This document shows, one piece after another, positions 54,704 through 54,814 of a stretch of DNA of 54,814 nt. The stretch spans positions 1 to 54,814 of IMG/VR virus record IMGVR_UViG_3300008113_000099; one strand, given 5' to 3'. The stretch comes from a virus. Its lineage: Duplodnaviria; Caudoviricetes. A model generated the notes under the pieces. It was not told the DNA's origin and searched no databases. It saw only the letters and a list, made by a program, of their open reading frames with translations. The translations under genes and the position numbers were made by a program. Positions within the stretch are counted from its first letter, which is position 1, and each line of letters starts with the position of its first letter.

Positions 54704-54814
54704 TTAAGCCTGAGCTTCAGTCCATGAAAGACGAGCTGAAATATCTGAAGATGTTAAACCTAAGTTAGTTGCTACGATTGTAAGAATATCTGGACCATTT
54801 GGGAATCCTGGAGC
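54704..54814 (-). CDS. 3' end of a structural protein (...PNGPDILTIVATN...ISARLSWTEAQA), begins outside window
   Basis: 37 codons in frame to TAA at 54704-54706; C-terminal motif recalled from large phage structural proteins. Confidence 0.7.
   Translation of the reverse strand, partial: APGFPNGPDILTIVATNLGLTSSDISARLSWTEAQA

Larger units (their letters stand above)
1..54814 (-). mobile_element. Tailed dsDNA phage genome segment (siphovirus-like, actinobacteriophage-like gene order)
   Basis: Terminase, portal, protease, capsid, tail tube, tape measure and a replication module, all co-oriented; no host housekeeping operons; no integrase seen. Confidence 0.95.

Noticed and set aside
1-54814. 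Alternative genetic code (stop codon reassignment)
   Set aside because: Long genes are intact under the standard code, and TAA, TAG and TGA all end genes at sensible boundaries

Overview
The whole window is part of an AT-rich, tailed dsDNA phage genome, probably a siphovirus: it has a tape measure protein, a major tail protein and a frameshifted tail assembly chaperone, and no sheath gene is visible. Every credible gene is on the minus strand. In transcription order (right to left) the modules are: (i) a ~9.7 kb array of fibre/lectin-like structural genes with repeated paralogous units; (ii) portal, prohead protease/scaffold, major capsid, head-tail and tail genes; (iii) small accessory genes (HNH, metallophosphoesterase, holin-like); (iv) a replication/recombination block (DnaB, primase, SSB, DnaE, MazG-like, RecA, two resolvase-like nucleases, Cas4-like); (v) FkbM methyltransferase, terminase and a tRNA(CAU). 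The gene set and order recall large actinobacteriophages such as Streptomyces cluster BE. Low GC and leaderless promoters suggest a low-GC, possibly freshwater, actinobacterial host, but this is inference. The most notable observations are a compact four-way-junction structured RNA beside a tRNA and a 33-aa Lys-rich peptide, a repeated adaptor/receptor-binder/chaperone fibre array upstream of the portal, a dnaE gene broken by an apparent deletion plus frameshift, and a pseudoknot-like element abutting the SSB ribosome-binding site. All calls come from motif recognition by eye; no searches were run.
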